Assembly: GCA_014905635.1 (NCBI GenBank)
Contig: JABVCE010000007.1
Coordinates: 372,001 to 436,000 of the forward strand
Origin: Scenedesmus sp. PABB004
Taxonomy: Eukaryota
Direction: 5' to 3'
DNA: 64,000 nucleotides
In this document: positions 1 to 13,270 of the stretch, piece by piece
Numbering within the stretch: position 1 is the first letter of the stretch
Layout: each line of letters opens with the position of its first letter
Notes under the pieces: model-generated
Told to the model about the DNA's origin: nothing
Database searches by the model: none
Seen by the model: the letters and a program-made list of their open reading frames with translations, nothing else
Position numbers and translations under genes: made by a program

Positions 1-153
1 GGCGCGGCGCCAGGCGGGGTCGGCGGCAGCGGCGCGGGAGCAGCGCCGGCACCGCGCCCGGCGCGCCGCGCCCGACGGCGCCCGGCCGGCCGCCGCCGCC
101 GGCCGGTTGCGCGGCGGCGCGGTGGGCCCGCCCCCTCGCCGGCGGGCGCGCAC

Positions 154-414
154 CATGGAGGCCTCGCTGACGATCCTGACGCCGTTGGAGAGCGTGGTGA
201 CCTCGGTCGGCGGCTGCTCCCGCGGCGCCGCGAAGCCGGGGCACGCCTCCAGCCCGGGCAGCGGTCGCGTCAGGGGCGTGGCCACGCGCTCGGGGCCGCC
301 CGCCAGCCAGGACGGCCAGGGCGCGGCGCCAGCGGCCGGGCCGGGCGCGCCGCTGCTGCTGTAGCCCCGGCCGGCGCGCAGCAGGCGCGCGCCCGCCGCG
401 GCGAGGCACCGCAT
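154..414 (-). CDS. Mitochondrial processing peptidase alpha-like (M16), first exon; gene runs off the window start
   Basis: Hand translation from the ATG at 414 gives MRCLAAAGARLLRAGRGYSS...TPLTRPLPGL...PTEVTTLSNGVRIVSEASM, followed by a GTGCGC donor at 153. It has an Arg/Ala/Ser-rich presequence and a motif resembling the MPP-alpha N-terminus (TTLxNGxRIxSE). Confidence 0.75.
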
Positions 415-776
415 GGCGGCCGAGCCTGATCCCACACGCGCGGCCCCTGCCGGCACGCGCAGCGGCCGCGGGCGCGCGAAGCGGCCGGCGCCCGACAGGC
501 GCAGCGATCGAGGTCGGCGGGAGACGCGGGACGGCCGATCAAGAGACGCCGCGAGCTGTGACCGAGCGCAGGGGGCACGCGGGTTGTCAGGGCGTCACAT
601 CGCGCCGCGCCGGCGAGCCGTCTCCCCGCCCGCTGGGCGCGTCCATTGCTCCTCCCCGCCATTCCCCGCTCCCGCCGGTGCTCCTGCCAAGTCCCTACGC
701 GCCCGCGCCGCATCGTGCGCGGCCCGCAGCCTCCGGCGCGCGGCGCAGCAGCGGCGGCGGCGCGCCGTCTGGCGCG

Positions 777-2014
777 ATGCCGAACGCCCTGGACTTCATC
801 CAGGGCGTGGCCCTGCTGCCCTGGGAGCTGAACAACCTGGGCGCCGTCTTCGGCGCGCGGCGGGACAAGGCGCAGTGCGTGGCGAGCCGCGCGCGCGTGG
901 TGCTGCGCCGCGGCGGCGGCGACGACGGCGCCGCCGCCGCGCCGCCCGACGGCGGCGGCCCCGCGTACGGCAACGTGATGGAAGCCCTCGGCGACGTGGG
1001 GTTCAACCTGCGCTCCGGCGAGGCGGCGTTCCACGTCGGCGCGTCCAACCTGAGCCTCCGCGCGGGCGCCGACGCGCCGCTGCGCGCGACGTCGGCCGTC
1101 GGCGGCACGCTCGCGAGCCTCAAGCTCGCGTACGCCCAGGAGGTCGCGGAGGACCGCTTCGTGGGCCTCTCCTACGACTTTGGGCAGCGCAAGCCCGAGC
1201 TCAGCCTCGCGTGGGCGGGCGACGCGCTCACGGAGCAGGCGAGCCTCGCGCTCACGCTCGACCCGGTCGACCGCGCGGCGCGGCTGCGCGCGGGCGTGAC
1301 CTTCCCCGGCCCCGAGTGGCGCCGCGACGCGTGGGACCTCGCCAGCCGCAGCCTGCAGCTGGTGCCGGTGCGTGCGCGCGCGGCGCGCGGCGCGCAGCGC
1401 GCGGCGCGGCGCGGCGGGGGGACGGGCGGCGGCGGCGGCCCCGGCGGCGCAGCGGCGGCGGGTGCCGCGCCGCGCCGCCGCTCGCTGCTCAGCGCGCTGA
1501 CCCCGCGCGCGCGCGCGCGGCCCCGCAGGTCGAGCGCGGCAGCCGGCACACGGTGTGGGTGCAGCACGAGGCGCGGCGCGGCGACCTGCTCGCGTCGACG
1601 CAGCTCGGCGCGCGCCTCGACGTCGGGCGGCTCGCCAACCTCGCCGGCGGCTTCGTCGACCGCCAGATCGAGCCGCGCGTGCCGCTGCTGCTGTGGCGGC
1701 TGCCGTTTGCGCAGCGCCTGTACCGCCTGGCCGTGCCGGCGGAGGACGCGGACCAGCTGCGCTACCGGATCAAGGGCTGGGCCGCCGAGCTCAGCCACGA
1801 CTTTGACCGCGCGGGGCCGACGGTCGGGCTGAGCAAGCAGCTCGGCGCCGGCGACACGCGGCTCGCCGCGAGCTACGACACGGCGAGCGCGACCGCGGGC
1901 GTGGAGCTGCGCGGCCGCTGGCTCGCCGCGGCGGCGCGGCTCACGCGGCAGGAGGACGGCGGCTGGCGCAGCCCGAGCGTGCAGCTGCTGGTCCAGCCGC
2001 TCGGCTTCCTGTGA
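777..2014 (+). CDS. Hypothetical protein, possibly an organellar outer-membrane beta-barrel; exons 777-1367 and 1529-2014
   Basis: ATG at 777, GT-AG intron 1368-1528, TGA at 2012-2014. Many alternating polar/hydrophobic strands (LKLAYAQ, VGLSYDF, LAASYDT, VQLLVQP). The function is not recognised. Confidence 0.55.
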
Positions 2015-2861
2015 GCGCGCCTCGTGTCGGCGGGGGCGGCAGCTGCGCGGACGGGGGCTGCTGCTGCTGGGCGCAGGGCGGGGGCAGTGTTGTGTGTGCG
2101 GGCGTCTCTCTCTCTCTCTCTCGTCATGCCGCGGCAGCGGCGGTAATCGGGCCTGCCGCGCACACGCTTACTCGCCCGACACTCGGCCGGCGACAGCGGC
2201 CTCCGGGGCCGGTCCCCAGACCAACGGGCTCTCAAATGCTCAAATGCTCAACCGCCAACCCTGCGCGCGCACGTTGCGGTGGCGCGCCGCCGGGCTGGTT
2301 ATTAAGGCGCGGCGGTCGCAGGACCGCCGCCGCCGCCGCGCGGCGCAGGGCAACATGCGCCTGACACCGCGGGCACGCCGTCGAGCAATGCATCGGTGCA
2401 CAGTGCGCGCGCCTGTTGTTGCTGACGGCGCCGCGGTGCATCTCACGACGTCTGTCTGTCTGTCTGCCTCTGCGTCTGCCTCTGCCTCGCCCCGACCCGC
2501 GCTCCGGGCCACGGCCGCGCCCACAGGAGGCGCGCCGCCGCCCCGCGCACCCACGGCGCCGGCGCCGCGCCACGCACACGCTCTGCCGCACACGCGCGCG
2601 CCGCCCCTCTGCCAGCCTGCACACGCGCCCTGCACACACGCGCCACGACCACGCCAACCCTGCGCACGCCCCGTGTCTAGTGGTACATGCAGCAGCCTCT
2701 TGTGCTGCTGGCACAACTCTGCTGCCTGCCTGGTGTTGGTACATGCGCGGCGGCGAGGGGCAGCGCCCCCGCCGCCGCTTTGATTGGACTCAAGCTAGTC
2801 GGGTGCTGGACCAGCCATCAACGTCAGAACTAACAGGGCCGGGCTCGGCGCGAGGCCGCCC

Positions 2862-5272
2862 TCAGGCGGCGGCAACGGCCGCGGCGACCGCCTCCGCCGC
2901 GGCGGCCGCCGCGCCGTCGTCGGCGGCCGGCGGCGTGCCGGGCTCGCCGCCGCCCTCGCTCAGGAGCTGCGGCGTCGCGGGCGACGGCGGGCGCGACGCA
3001 CCGGCCGCGCCGACCACCGCGACCGCGCGCGCGAGGCGCGCCAGGCCCTCGGCCAGGCCCTCGGGGCTGACCGTGGCAAAGCTTACGCGGAGGAAGGGGC
3101 ACGGCGGCAGCTCGCCGCCGCCCGCGGCGGCGGGGCCGCCGGCGCCGTCCGCGGCGCCGGCGCCGTCGCGCGTCTTGATCGGCGTCACGCTGCCGCACGG
3201 CGGCGCCGCCGCCGCGCCGTCACCGCGCTGCGCCTGGTGCGGCGCCTTGGCGGCGGCGGCGCCGTGCCGCGCCGCCGCGGCGGCGACGAGGTGGGGCACC
3301 GAGATGAGGTGCCCCGGCACCACCATCACGCCCTCCGCCGCGCACGCGTCCAGCAGCGGCCGTGAGTCTGCCCCCGGGGCTGCGGCGGCAGCGGCGGCGC
3401 GGCGGCGGCAGGCGTCAAGGCGCGCGCGCGCGCGCGCGCGCGGGCGGACGGCGGCGCGGCCGCGCAGCCGGCGCAGGTGCCGTGCGGTGCGCCGTGCGGC
3501 TCACCGGTCATGCGCAGCCACAGGAACATGCCCGCCGCGACCGGCCGCCACTCGGCGAGGCCGGCAAGGTGCCGCGCCGCGGCGGCGTCCGCGGCGGCGG
3601 CCTGCTCCGCGTAGCGGCGCTGCAGGCGGCGCACGTACTCCTCGAAGCCGGCGCGGCCCCACCGTTCCAGCAGCTGGTGCACCAGCACCTGCGGCGGCGC
3701 GGCGGGCGCGACGGGCGCGTCGGCGCGGCGCGGCGCGGCAGCGCAGAGTCGCGGGCGGCCGGCCGCGCGCCGCGCCGCGCGCGGCTGCGGCGCCCCGCAC
3801 CTGGCTGAGCATGTTGGCGCCGATGGACGTGCCAGCCGTGTAGAGAGCGAACTTGGCGGCAAACGCCGGCGGACCCGACGCCCAGCCCAGCCTGCAGCGC
3901 AGACGCGCAGGCGGGCGCGTCGGCGGAGCTGGCGCGGCGCGAGCGCAGCCGGCGCGCTGGGGCGGCGGCGCGCCCCGCGGCTGCTGCGCACCTGAAGCCG
4001 GGGCCCAGCAGCTTGGCGAGCGTGTCCAGGCGCACCACGCGGCCCTCCACGTCCAGCGAGAGGAAGCCGGCTGCGCGGCGGCGGCGGGGCGGCGGCGGTG
4101 CAGCCGCGTGAGCGTGAGTGCAGCCTCGGGCGCCGCCGCCGCCGCTGCGGCGGGTCGCCCCGGCACTCACGGCGCAGCGCGAGGCCCGGCACGTCGTGCG
4201 GGCCTGCGGGGTACTGCAGCCAGTAGTAAGCGTCGTCCTCGACCACCACCAGGTCCCACTTGCACGCGAGGCCGTACAGCGCGGCTATGCGCTCGGGGCC
4301 CATCACCGCGCCCGTGGGGTTCTGGCCCGTGGGGATGGTGTAGAGCAGCCGCGGCAGCGCCAGCCCCGCCGCCGCCCGCGCCTCGAGCAGCGCGTCCAGC
4401 GCGGCCGGCACGATGCCGCAGCCGTCCAGCGGCACCGCCAGCGGCTCGCACCTGCGCGCGCGCGGGTGGCAAGCGCAGGCGTCGGCATGGGCGGCGGGCT
4501 CAGGCGGCGGCGCGCGGCGCCGGGCGAGCTGCGCCGCGTGTGGCCATCTGCGCCCCGCGCGCTGCGCCGCGCGCGCGCCGCACCCGAGCGGCAGCAGCGT
4601 GGCCTCCAGCACGTGCGCGTAGGTGTACTCCTCGACCAGCACCGGGTCCCCGGGGTTGAGCAGCATGCGGAACACCGCCTCTAGCGCCGCGCTGCTGCCC
4701 TGGCTGACCACTACGTTCAGCCCCACCGGCGCGGCGCCGCCCGGGCGCGGCGCGAGCGTCGCGGGGCGGTGCAGGTCGGCCACGAGCGCGCGCGCCCAGG
4801 CGACGAGCGGCGCGTGGCCCTCGCTGCACATGTTGTACTGCTGCGCCGCCGCGACGAGGGCGGGGTCGTCCACGCGCAGCGTGTCGCCGTCGGGCTCGCC
4901 TGCGTTGCCCGCCAGGCCCGCGCCGAGCGACGAAAACGGGAACGAGTCCGCCGGCGGCAGGCCCCCGTGCATGCAGATCACGCCCGGGGCGCCGGAGAAG
5001 CGCGACACGATACCTGCGGCCGGCGGCGGCGAGGGCGGCGGCGGAGCGTTGCGAGCTGACCGCGGCGGCGGCCCGTGGCGCCGGCCGCGCTGACCGCGGC
5101 CGCCGGCCGACGGGGCGCCCGCCGAGGGCGCCTGCGACCCCCCGGGCCAGGGCTGGGCGGCGGCGCGCGCCGCGCCGGCGGCTGCGCCGTGCCCACCGTG
5201 CAGCGACGGCAGCTGCTTGAGGCGGGCCTCACGGCTCCAGCGCTCCTCCCAGTCGATCGGCCCGCGATCCAT
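2862..5272 (-). CDS. PLP-dependent aminotransferase class I/II (aromatic / 2-aminoadipate / kynurenine type), multi-exon
   Basis: Motifs across exons: MHGGLPPADSFPF, LYTIPTGQNPTG, EDDAYYWL, DTLAKLLGPGFR-LGW (PLP lysine), AGMFLWL, MVVPG and FLRVSFA. Confidence 0.88.
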
Positions 5273-5881
5273 GGCACGCGGAGGGCACCAAGGGAGGCTC
5301 CTGGGGCCTGCAGCCGGAGCTGCCTCGTTGTGGCGCACAAAGAAATCGCCGGCCGCGCGGCGCGGCAGCGCCCGTGGCGCACGCGCTGGGCGGCCGAAGG
5401 ATCCGCGATGGGGCAGTCCTCTCTGGATGCGCCGGGCGGCACGTCGCGCGCGCAGCGGCGAGCGCCGGCGGGCGTTGAGGCAGGCCGCTCGCTGAGGCTG
5501 GCGCGGCGAGGAGGGTGGACCGCGTGGGTGGCGGGACGTGCGGGCGTGTGTGTGTGTGCGCGGGCGCCGGCGCGGGGGGGGGGGGGGGTGCGCCGCCGTG
5601 CGCGATGGGACTGACGCGGACCGGTCGTCGTCGTTGTCGCGCGGCGCCCGGCGGCGGCGACCGGCGGCGGCGGCAGCGCGCGCCTGGCCCTGTCGCGGCA
5701 GAGCCCTGCCCAGCAGCACGCCGCTGGCGTCGATTGCGATCGAGATCGCGTCGCGGCGGCGGACGCGAGCGAGGCGTTGCATTAAATCACGCGCCCTCCG
5801 CGGCCAGACAATCCGCCGCCGTCATGTACAGGGGGGCAGCAGCAGCAGCAGGCGTGGGGCGCCGCCACGCCGCGTCGCTGC

Positions 5882-6663
5882 CTAGAACTCCTGGCTCACG
5901 CTGCCGATCTTGGCCTTGGCCTTGGGCGGCAGCAGCGAGGTGTGGATGTTGGGCAGCACGCCGCCCGACGCGATGGTCACGCTGCCCAGCAGCTTGGAGA
6001 GCTCCTCGTCGTTGCGCACGGCGAGCTGGATGTGGCGCGGGATGATGCGGTTCTTCTTGTTGTCGCGCGCCGCGTTGCCGGCGAGCTCCAGCAGCTCCGC
6101 ACACAGGTACTCCAGCACCGCGGCCAGGTACACGGGCGCGCCGGCGCCGATGCGCTCGGCGTACCTGCGCGGCGCGCGCGCGGGCAGCGGCAGCGGCGGC
6201 GCGTCGGCGGTCGGCGCGCGGCGGCGCACGCGGCGGCGCGCGCGCCGCCGCCGGCGGCTGGCTCCGGGGCAGGGAGCGTCGGGGGCGGCGCCGGGCGGCC
6301 CGGCGGGCGGGCCGGGGCCGCCTCGGGGCCTGGGGGGCACGCTGCTGCTGCCGGCCCAGGCGCGCGCAACAACGGGCCGCGCAGCTCCCGCGGGGCCGCG
6401 CCCGCCCGGCGAGGCGGGCGCCAGGGGCACGTGCACGCCGGACTCGCGCTCGTGGGGACGATCGCGCGCTGCGTGCGGCGCAGCGCGGGCCAACCCACTC
6501 GCGCCCCGCCCGGGCCGCCCCGCCCCAGCCGCCCGCCGCGCGCGCACCTGCCCTTCTTGAGGTAGCGCGCCAGGCGGCCGACGGGAAACTGCAGGCCGGC
6601 CTTGGCGGACCGGGACACCGCCTTGCCCTTGGCCTTGGTGGCAGCCTTGCCGCGGCCCGACAT
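5882..6663 (-). CDS. H2AX: Histone H2A.X, 132 aa; exons 6548-6663 and 5882-6164
   Basis: MSGRGK...[14 protein letters not shown]...YLAAVLEYL...GGVLPNIH with a C-terminal SQEF motif typical of plant H2A.X. The GT-AG intron 6165-6547 restores the frame. Confidence 0.95.
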
Positions 6664-6891
6664 GTTTGCTTGTGTTTGCTGTGGGGGCCGCGGGGAGGCG
6701 AGGCGGTGGGCGGGTGCGGGGGAGGCGCGGTGGACAGGTGGCGCGCGCGGCTGGTGATGAACGCCGCCCCGGCGCTCAACAACGACGGGGTTCTGCGGCG
6801 CTGCGCCGCCGCCGCGTCGGGTCCGCGCGAGCCGCCGCGAGGCGCCGGCTGCGGGCTGAGGGCTGCGGGCCCTCGCGGTGGCGGTCTGCTG

Positions 6892-7356
6892 CGGCGGTGC
6901 GGGCGGCTGCGGGGAGCGCGGCTGCGGCGCGCCGGTTGGTGGGGGTGTGGGCGGGCGGGCGGGCGCGCGGCCGGCTGTGGTTGCGACCGCCGCCGCCGTG
7001 ACGGCCTCGCTGGCCAACCGACCGCCCGCGCGACTGCCGGCGGCGGCGCGGCTATTGTTCGCGGCGCCGCCAGCCGCGCGGCGCACCGCGACGCGCGCAG
7101 GACGCTTCGGTCACACGGCACGAGCGACCACGCGGGCGGCCGCTGCACCCGCGCGCGCCGCCGCCGCTCGGCCGCTAGCCGGCCCGCGCGCCGGGCCCGC
7201 CGCGCCTGGGCCGCCGTCGCCCTCAGCCGCGCAGGCGGGCGAGGCCGTCCTGCAGCGCGCGCAGGCGGCTCGTCAGGCTCGCGCACGCGCCGCCCAGGCG
7301 CGCGCCCTGGCGGCCGACCGCGGCGACCTCGTCCGGCGCGAGCGCGCGGCCCGCGG
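6892..7356. repeat. Inverted duplication, copy A (partner at 13271-13720)
   Basis: The reverse complement matches 13271-13720 with small indels. Both copies encode GRALAP(P)DEVAAVGRQGARLGGACASLTSRLRALQDGLARLRG*. Confidence 0.92.
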
Positions 7357-10300
7357 CCGCCGCGCCGGCCGCGCCCATCAGGCGCTGCACTGCGCCCTCG
7401 GCGTCGCACAGCGCGCGCTCGACGTCGTCGAGGCCGCCAGACGCGCGCGCCGCAAGCTGCAGCAGCTGCTGCGCCGCCGCGCCGCCGCCGGTGCCGGTGC
7501 CGCTGCCCGGGCGCGGCGGCGCCGGCAGCGTAGCCGCGAGCTCGCGCAGCGCGGCCAGCGCGGGCGCGCCACAGGCGCGCGCGGGGCCGCCCGCATCGGC
7601 GAGGCCGCCCAGCGCGGCGCTGTGCTGCGCCACGAGCTCGTGGTGGCGGCCCTGGAACGCGCGCAGCGCCTGCGAGGGCGGCGGGCGGGGGTTGCGCGGT
7701 TGGGGGACAGCGGCCGCACGCCACGGGCGCAGCGCCGCGCGGGCTGCAGCCGCGCGCCGCGGCCGGGCGCCGCGGCCGCGCGCCTGGGCGTCGGGCTGGC
7801 GGTGGAGGTGCGCCTTGACTGCCTCGATCACGGCGGGCTGCGCCTCGGTCGCGCTGCTGCGCATGCCCGGCGGCAGCAGGCGCACGATGCCGCTGCCGCT
7901 GTAGCTGTTGTGTCGCAACCGCTGCAGCAGGGCCTCCAGCGCGGCGTGGCGCACGGGCCAGTGCGGGCTCGAGAGCAGACCCTGGAAGAGCTCCTGCAGT
8001 CATTGGGGGGGGGCACGGGGGGGGGGGGGGGGGAGGGGACACGCCGGCGCTCAGCGCTGGGCAGGCGGCGGCGACTGCCCAGGCGGCCCTCTCGGGCAGC
8101 AGCCCGCAGTCGCACCTCGTGCAGCGCGTGGCCCGCGGGGACGCCGAGGTTGCCAGCCGTCGCCGCGAGCAGCGCATGCAGCGGCTCGTGCGCTGCGGCC
8201 AGCGCCTGGAGCGCGCGGAGCACGCCGTCGGCGCCCTCGCCAACCGCGACGTGCCCCGCCGCCGCCAGCACGCGCAGCGCGCCCGCCGCGCAGGCCCGCG
8301 TGGTGCCGCAGTGGTCGTCGCTGCCACAGCCGCCGCCGCCGCCGCCGCCGCCGCTGCCGCCCAGCGCCGAGACGACGTCCAGGGCAAACGTCGCGCAGCC
8401 CCGCGTGAGGCTGCCGGCCGCGCCGCCGCCCTGCTCCGCGGCCTGGCGCCGCGCGGCCTGCAGCTGCAGCACCGCAGCCATCGCCTCGAGCAGCCACGCC
8501 AGCTGGTGCGCGAGCAGCGCCCGCTCGCATGCCGCCGGGCCGCCCGCGCCGCCCGGAGCCCGCTGCAGCTGCAGCTGGGGGCGCAGCAGCTCCAGCACCT
8601 GCTGCGCGGTGAGCCAGAGCTGGGTGAGCTGCTCTTCTAGCTGCGTCTGCTGGTGCTGGTGCTGCTGCTGCTGCTGCTGCTGCTGGCCCTGCCACTGGCC
8701 CTGCTGGCCGGCGCCGCCGCGCGCCGGGCACACGCGCAGCAGCACGGCGCAGTGGCAGGCCAGCAGCGAGCACGCGGCCGCGTCCATCCAGCCGCCGCTC
8801 GGGGGCGGCAGCAGGTGCCGGCTGGACCAGGCGGCGGCCGTGGCCTCGTCGCATGCCTGCCGACGGCGGGGGCGGGGCGGCAGGGTGAGGCGGCCGCCCG
8901 GAGCGAGCTGGGCGCCGAGCGGCACGCCTTGCCGGCCCGCCCCGCGCCTGCAGCGCCGCCGTGAGCGTGTCGACCAGGGCGCCAGCAGCGTCCTCGCACG
9001 CCGGCTCGGCCCCCGGCACCGCGCGGCAGGCGGCGGCCGCCGCCAGCAGCTGCAGCAGGCCGTGCAGCTGCTGCGCCGCGGCCTCGCCGCCGCTCGCCGC
9101 TAGCAGGTCCGCCAGCAGCTGCTGCGCCGCAAACGCTACGAGCGGGTGGCGGCAGATGGCTGCGGGCGCGGGCGTCGGCAGGCGGGCAGGCAGGCAGTGG
9201 CTGGCCGCGCTGGCTCGCGCGCTGGCGGCGCTGCCCTGCAGGGCTGGGTTCGAGCGCCGCGCGCCCGCGCGCCGCTCACCCAGCTCCGCGACCGCCGCCA
9301 GCAGCTCCTGCTGCGCGCCCGGTGGCAGCGTGGACATGCAGCCCAGCGCGCACGCGAGGCACGACTGCAGCGCGTGCGCCAGCAGCGCGCCGCCGGCGTC
9401 GTGGGCGAGCACGAACGGCGCGAGCCGCGCGCCCGCGGTGCGCAGCGCCCACGCCAGCAGCTGCGGCGCGGCCTGCGCCACGACCTCGCCCGGCGCGGCG
9501 GGCAGCTGCTGCATGAGGTCAAGGACCACCAGCAGCTGCACCTGCACCTGCAGCTCGCCCCCCTCGTCCGCCGCGCCCGGTGCGCCGCCGGCGCCGGGCG
9601 CGCCGCCGGGCGCGAGCAGCGCCCCGAGCTTGGCCTGCGTCGCGCCGGCGTCGCCCGGGCCGAGGCACAGCAGCGCCGCGAGGCACGCAACGAGGCGCGG
9701 CTGCAGCACGGCAGTCAGGAAGTCCGCCACGTCCGCAAAGTCCTCGCTGCGAGGTGGTGGTGCAAGCGGCGCGCGCAAGTGAACGCGCGGCGGCCGTCAA
9801 CGCGCGGGCGCCCGCCGGCGTCAGGGGCGGCGCGCGCGCGCGCGCAAGCAAACACGCATCGGCGAGGGCGGCGCGGCGGCGCTGCGTCCGCGTCCCGGCT
9901 GCCGCCGCCGCACCTTGGGAAGCAGGCGTGGCGGTACACCGACATCGTCGCCTCGAGCAGCGGGCGCAGCGCGAGCTGCGCCGCGCCCTCCCACGCCGCG
10001 CTGGTCAGGCGCGACACGCTCTGCAGCCAGAAGCGCGCCACGACCTCGCGCCGCTCCGGCGCCTGCGCCGGCAGCTCGCGCACCGCGCGCGCGAGCTGCG
10101 CGAGCGCGCAGCGCAGCCCGTCGAGCAGCGCTGGCGCGGGCAGCACGGCCGGCCGCGCCGCGGGCGGCACCGCGAGCAGCAGGCGCGTGAGGTTGGCCCA
10201 CGCCAGGTTGAGCACCGCCATGCTGCGCATCTCCTTGGGCGCCTGCGAGCCGCCGCCGCCGCCGCCGGCCACGAGCGCCGCGAGCGCGAGCGCCGTGCGC

Positions 10301-11087
10301 AGCAGCGCCGCCGCCGCGTCGCGCGCGCCCGGCAGCAGGCCCGCGAGCGCGCCGCCGGCGGCGTCCTCGCCGGGCTGCCCCGCCGCCTCCAGGCACGCGA
10401 TGAGCAGGCCGGTCCCGTCCTTGACCGCGGGCCTCAGCCGCTCCGTCGCCGCGCCGTACGACCCCGCCACCAGCAGGGCCGCCGCGACGTCGGCGTCGCT
10501 GAACACCGCGGCCGCGAGCTGCGCCGTCGCGCCCGCGAGCGCGCCGAGCGCGGCGCCCGCGAGCGCGCCGAGCGCGGCGGGCGCGGGCGCGCCGCGCGCG
10601 CCTGCGGCGGCGGCGCACGCGGCCGCCGCGCGCGCGCACAGCGCCTGCGGGCGGCGCGGCGCGGTTGGGCGCGGCCCAGAGGTCGCCGGCGGGCAGCGTG
10701 CGCGCGCGAGGGCGCACCTCGTACGCCGGCGCGTCGCTCAGCGGCCGCACGTCGTCCCCGCCCGCGCGCAGCGCCGCGCCGATGTCCTGCGAGCGGCCGC
10801 GGCGGGGGCGCTCAAACCCGGGCGCTCTCGCCGCGATCCCACCCCCGCGGCGCTGCGCTGCGCGTGCCCGGCCTTGCCTGCGCCAGCGCCAGCGCGTCGG
10901 CCGCCCAGCCGCCGCCGAGCGAGCCCTCCAGGCAGGGCTTGCCCGCGGGGCTGGCGAGCGGCTCCGAGCCGCTCAGCGAGCCGAGCTTGTTGTCCTGCAG
11001 CAAGCGCCGGCGCGGCGGCACGTGGGCAGTGGCGCGCCGTGCGGGCAGCGCCACGGCCGCCGGGCGGGCCAGCAGGCGGCGCACCAT
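7223..11087 (-). CDS. Large alpha-helical protein, possibly FIRRM/FLIP (C1orf112/DUF4487)-like; multi-exon
   Basis: Leu/Ala-rich coding blocks in ORFs 9715-10506, 8051-9778, 7828-8925 and 7223-7954, separated by splice sites. Segments MAVLNLAWANLTRLL and ARFWLQSVSRL recall plant FLIP from memory only; the family call is weak. Confidence 0.45.
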
Positions 11088-11411
11088 GACGCGGGCCGCA
11101 GCCAGCGCGCGGCCGGGCCGTCAGGAGCGCGGCGCCGCCAGGACGGCGGCCGCGCGAGCGCGCGAGCGGCGCAAAGCCGGTGCTGCCCGCCGCGTCGCGC
11201 ACGCGCGGCAGGAGGAGGTCCGTGACGCGGGCCGTGCGTGTGGCACGCGAACAGTAGCAGGGCGGCCCGCATCAGCGCGCTCGCAGCGACGGCGGTTCAA
11301 AGTGCGCGCCGCGGCGCCGGCGCAGGAACGCTGTCGCGGCTCGGCGCTCATTGGCTGCCCGCGCACCAAATCGCTGTGGATCTCGCACCAGCTCCCGCGA
11401 GCGCCGGCGCG

Positions 11412-13256
11412 ATGGCGGCGGCGGCCGCGCAGCAGCAGCCGGTCTGGCTGGGCCTGGCGGGCGAGCTGGTGGGCGCGGACGAGCCGGTGGACCACTACAC
11501 CACGCGAGTGGGCGGTCGCGCCGCGTTCCCGGGCGCCGCGCCGCCGGCGGCCGTCGGCGGCGGGGCCGGGCTCGCGTGCGGCGTCTGCGGGCGGCCGTTG
11601 GCGCTGGTGCTGCAGGTGCAGCGGCGGCGCGTGGGCGCGGCGTGCCCGGCGCCTGGCGCGCTCTCTGCTCCGGGCCTCCGCCGGCGCCGCGCCGGGCAGC
11701 GGCGGCGGCGGGCGCGCCGCCGCTGCTGCCGAGCGCCACCGTCGCGCGACGCCGCCCGCAGGCCTACGCGCCGCATCCGGCGGCGCAGGAGCGCACGCTG
11801 ATGGTGTGGGGCTGCGTGCGGCTGGGCTGCGGCAAAGCGCCGGGCGCGTGGCGCGCGCTGCGCTGCCAGCTGCCGGACGCGGCGTCGGCGGACGCGCCGC
11901 CGCTGCCGCAGCAGCCGCAGCAGCGGCAGCAGCAGCAGCACGACCCGCCGCCGTCGCAGCCTGCGCCTGACCCGCCGGCGAGCTCTGACTGCGGGTTCGG
12001 CGCGGCCGGCGACGACTGGGGCGCGCCCGGGCCCGGCGCGGCGGCGGACGACCCGTTTGACTTTTCAGACCTCACCTCCTCGCTGGAGGCCACCGCGGCG
12101 CACCAGCAGGCGGCCGCGGCCGCGAAGCAGGGCCGGGCCCGGCACGCGCAGCCGGGGCCCGCAGCCGACGAGCCGCCGCCTGCGGTGTGCTGCCGGCCGG
12201 CGCTCGGGCCGGCGCTGCCCGAGTTTCACCTCTATTCAGAGCAGGAGCCAGGTGCGGGATGAGGGCGCGGCGGCGCGCACGCGCAGGGCGCGGCGACGCC
12301 GTGGGGGAGCGGCACGGGCCCACAGCCGCACCGCGTGCCGCAGGCGACGTCGGCGGCAGCGCCCCGCTCAGCGGCGCGGAGCTGGCGCACGTGCAGGAGC
12401 TGCTGGCTGCCTATCGAGCTGCCGAGGCGGCCGCGGCGGGCGGCGCGGGCAGCAGCGCCGCCGCCGCCGCGCCCGCGGCGCCCGCCCCGGGCGGCGCCGC
12501 CGGCGCCGGCGGCGGCGAGGGCGGCGGCGAGGAGGCGTGGGGCGGCGAGGGCTACGAGAAGCCGGAGCTGCGCGGCGTGGAGCGGGGGTACCTGAAGTTC
12601 AGCAGGCGCCTCGCGCGCCGCCCGCAGCAGTGCGCGCGGTGAGTGCTCGCGCGCCGCTGTCTGCTGCGCGCGGCGCGCGCGGCGCGGCGCCCGCGCCCGC
12701 ACTTGCGCCCCCGCGGCGCCACGCGCCACACGCACCGCCGGCCGCGCCGCAGGTATGCGCTCGGCGGCGCGCTGCTGTGGCCCAGGGCGGCGCCACCGCG
12801 GCCGGCGCCGTGCGGGCGCTGCGGCGGGCCGCGCGCGTTTGAGCTGCAGCTCACGCCGGCGCTCATCCAGCTCACGATCGAGGCCGCGCACATGGCACAC
12901 GGCGCAGGCCTGCCGGTCGACCGCGACGGTGGGCGGTGGCGCCCGCCGCGCTGGCGGCAGACCGCGGCGGCGACCGGCCGGCGCAGCGGCGCGGGCGCGG
13001 CGCGTCACGCGCCGCCGCGCGCCCCGCCCCGCCCGCAGCCGTCGACGGCGCCGCCAACTGGGACTGGGCCACGGTGGCGGTCTTCACCTGCGCGGCGAGC
13101 TGCGGCGGCGGCGACGCGGCGTGGGAGGAGGTCGCGCTCGTGAACGAGCAGGACTGCCACACCGCGCCGCCGCCGCCGCCGCCGCCGCCGCCCGGCGGCG
13201 GCGGGGACGACGATGACGGCGACGGCGGCAGCGCGGCGCCGGACGCGGGCGCGTGA
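11412..13256 (+). CDS. PDCD2-like / TSR4 family protein, multi-exon
   Basis: Motifs TRVGG, CGVCGRPLALVLQ-AYAP, RTLMVWGC, WRALRCQ, QQCAR-YALGG, CGRCGGPRAFELQLTPAL and WDWATVAVFTCAASC (PDCD2_C). Confidence 0.88.
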
Positions 13257-13270
13257 CCGGCAGCAGCAGA

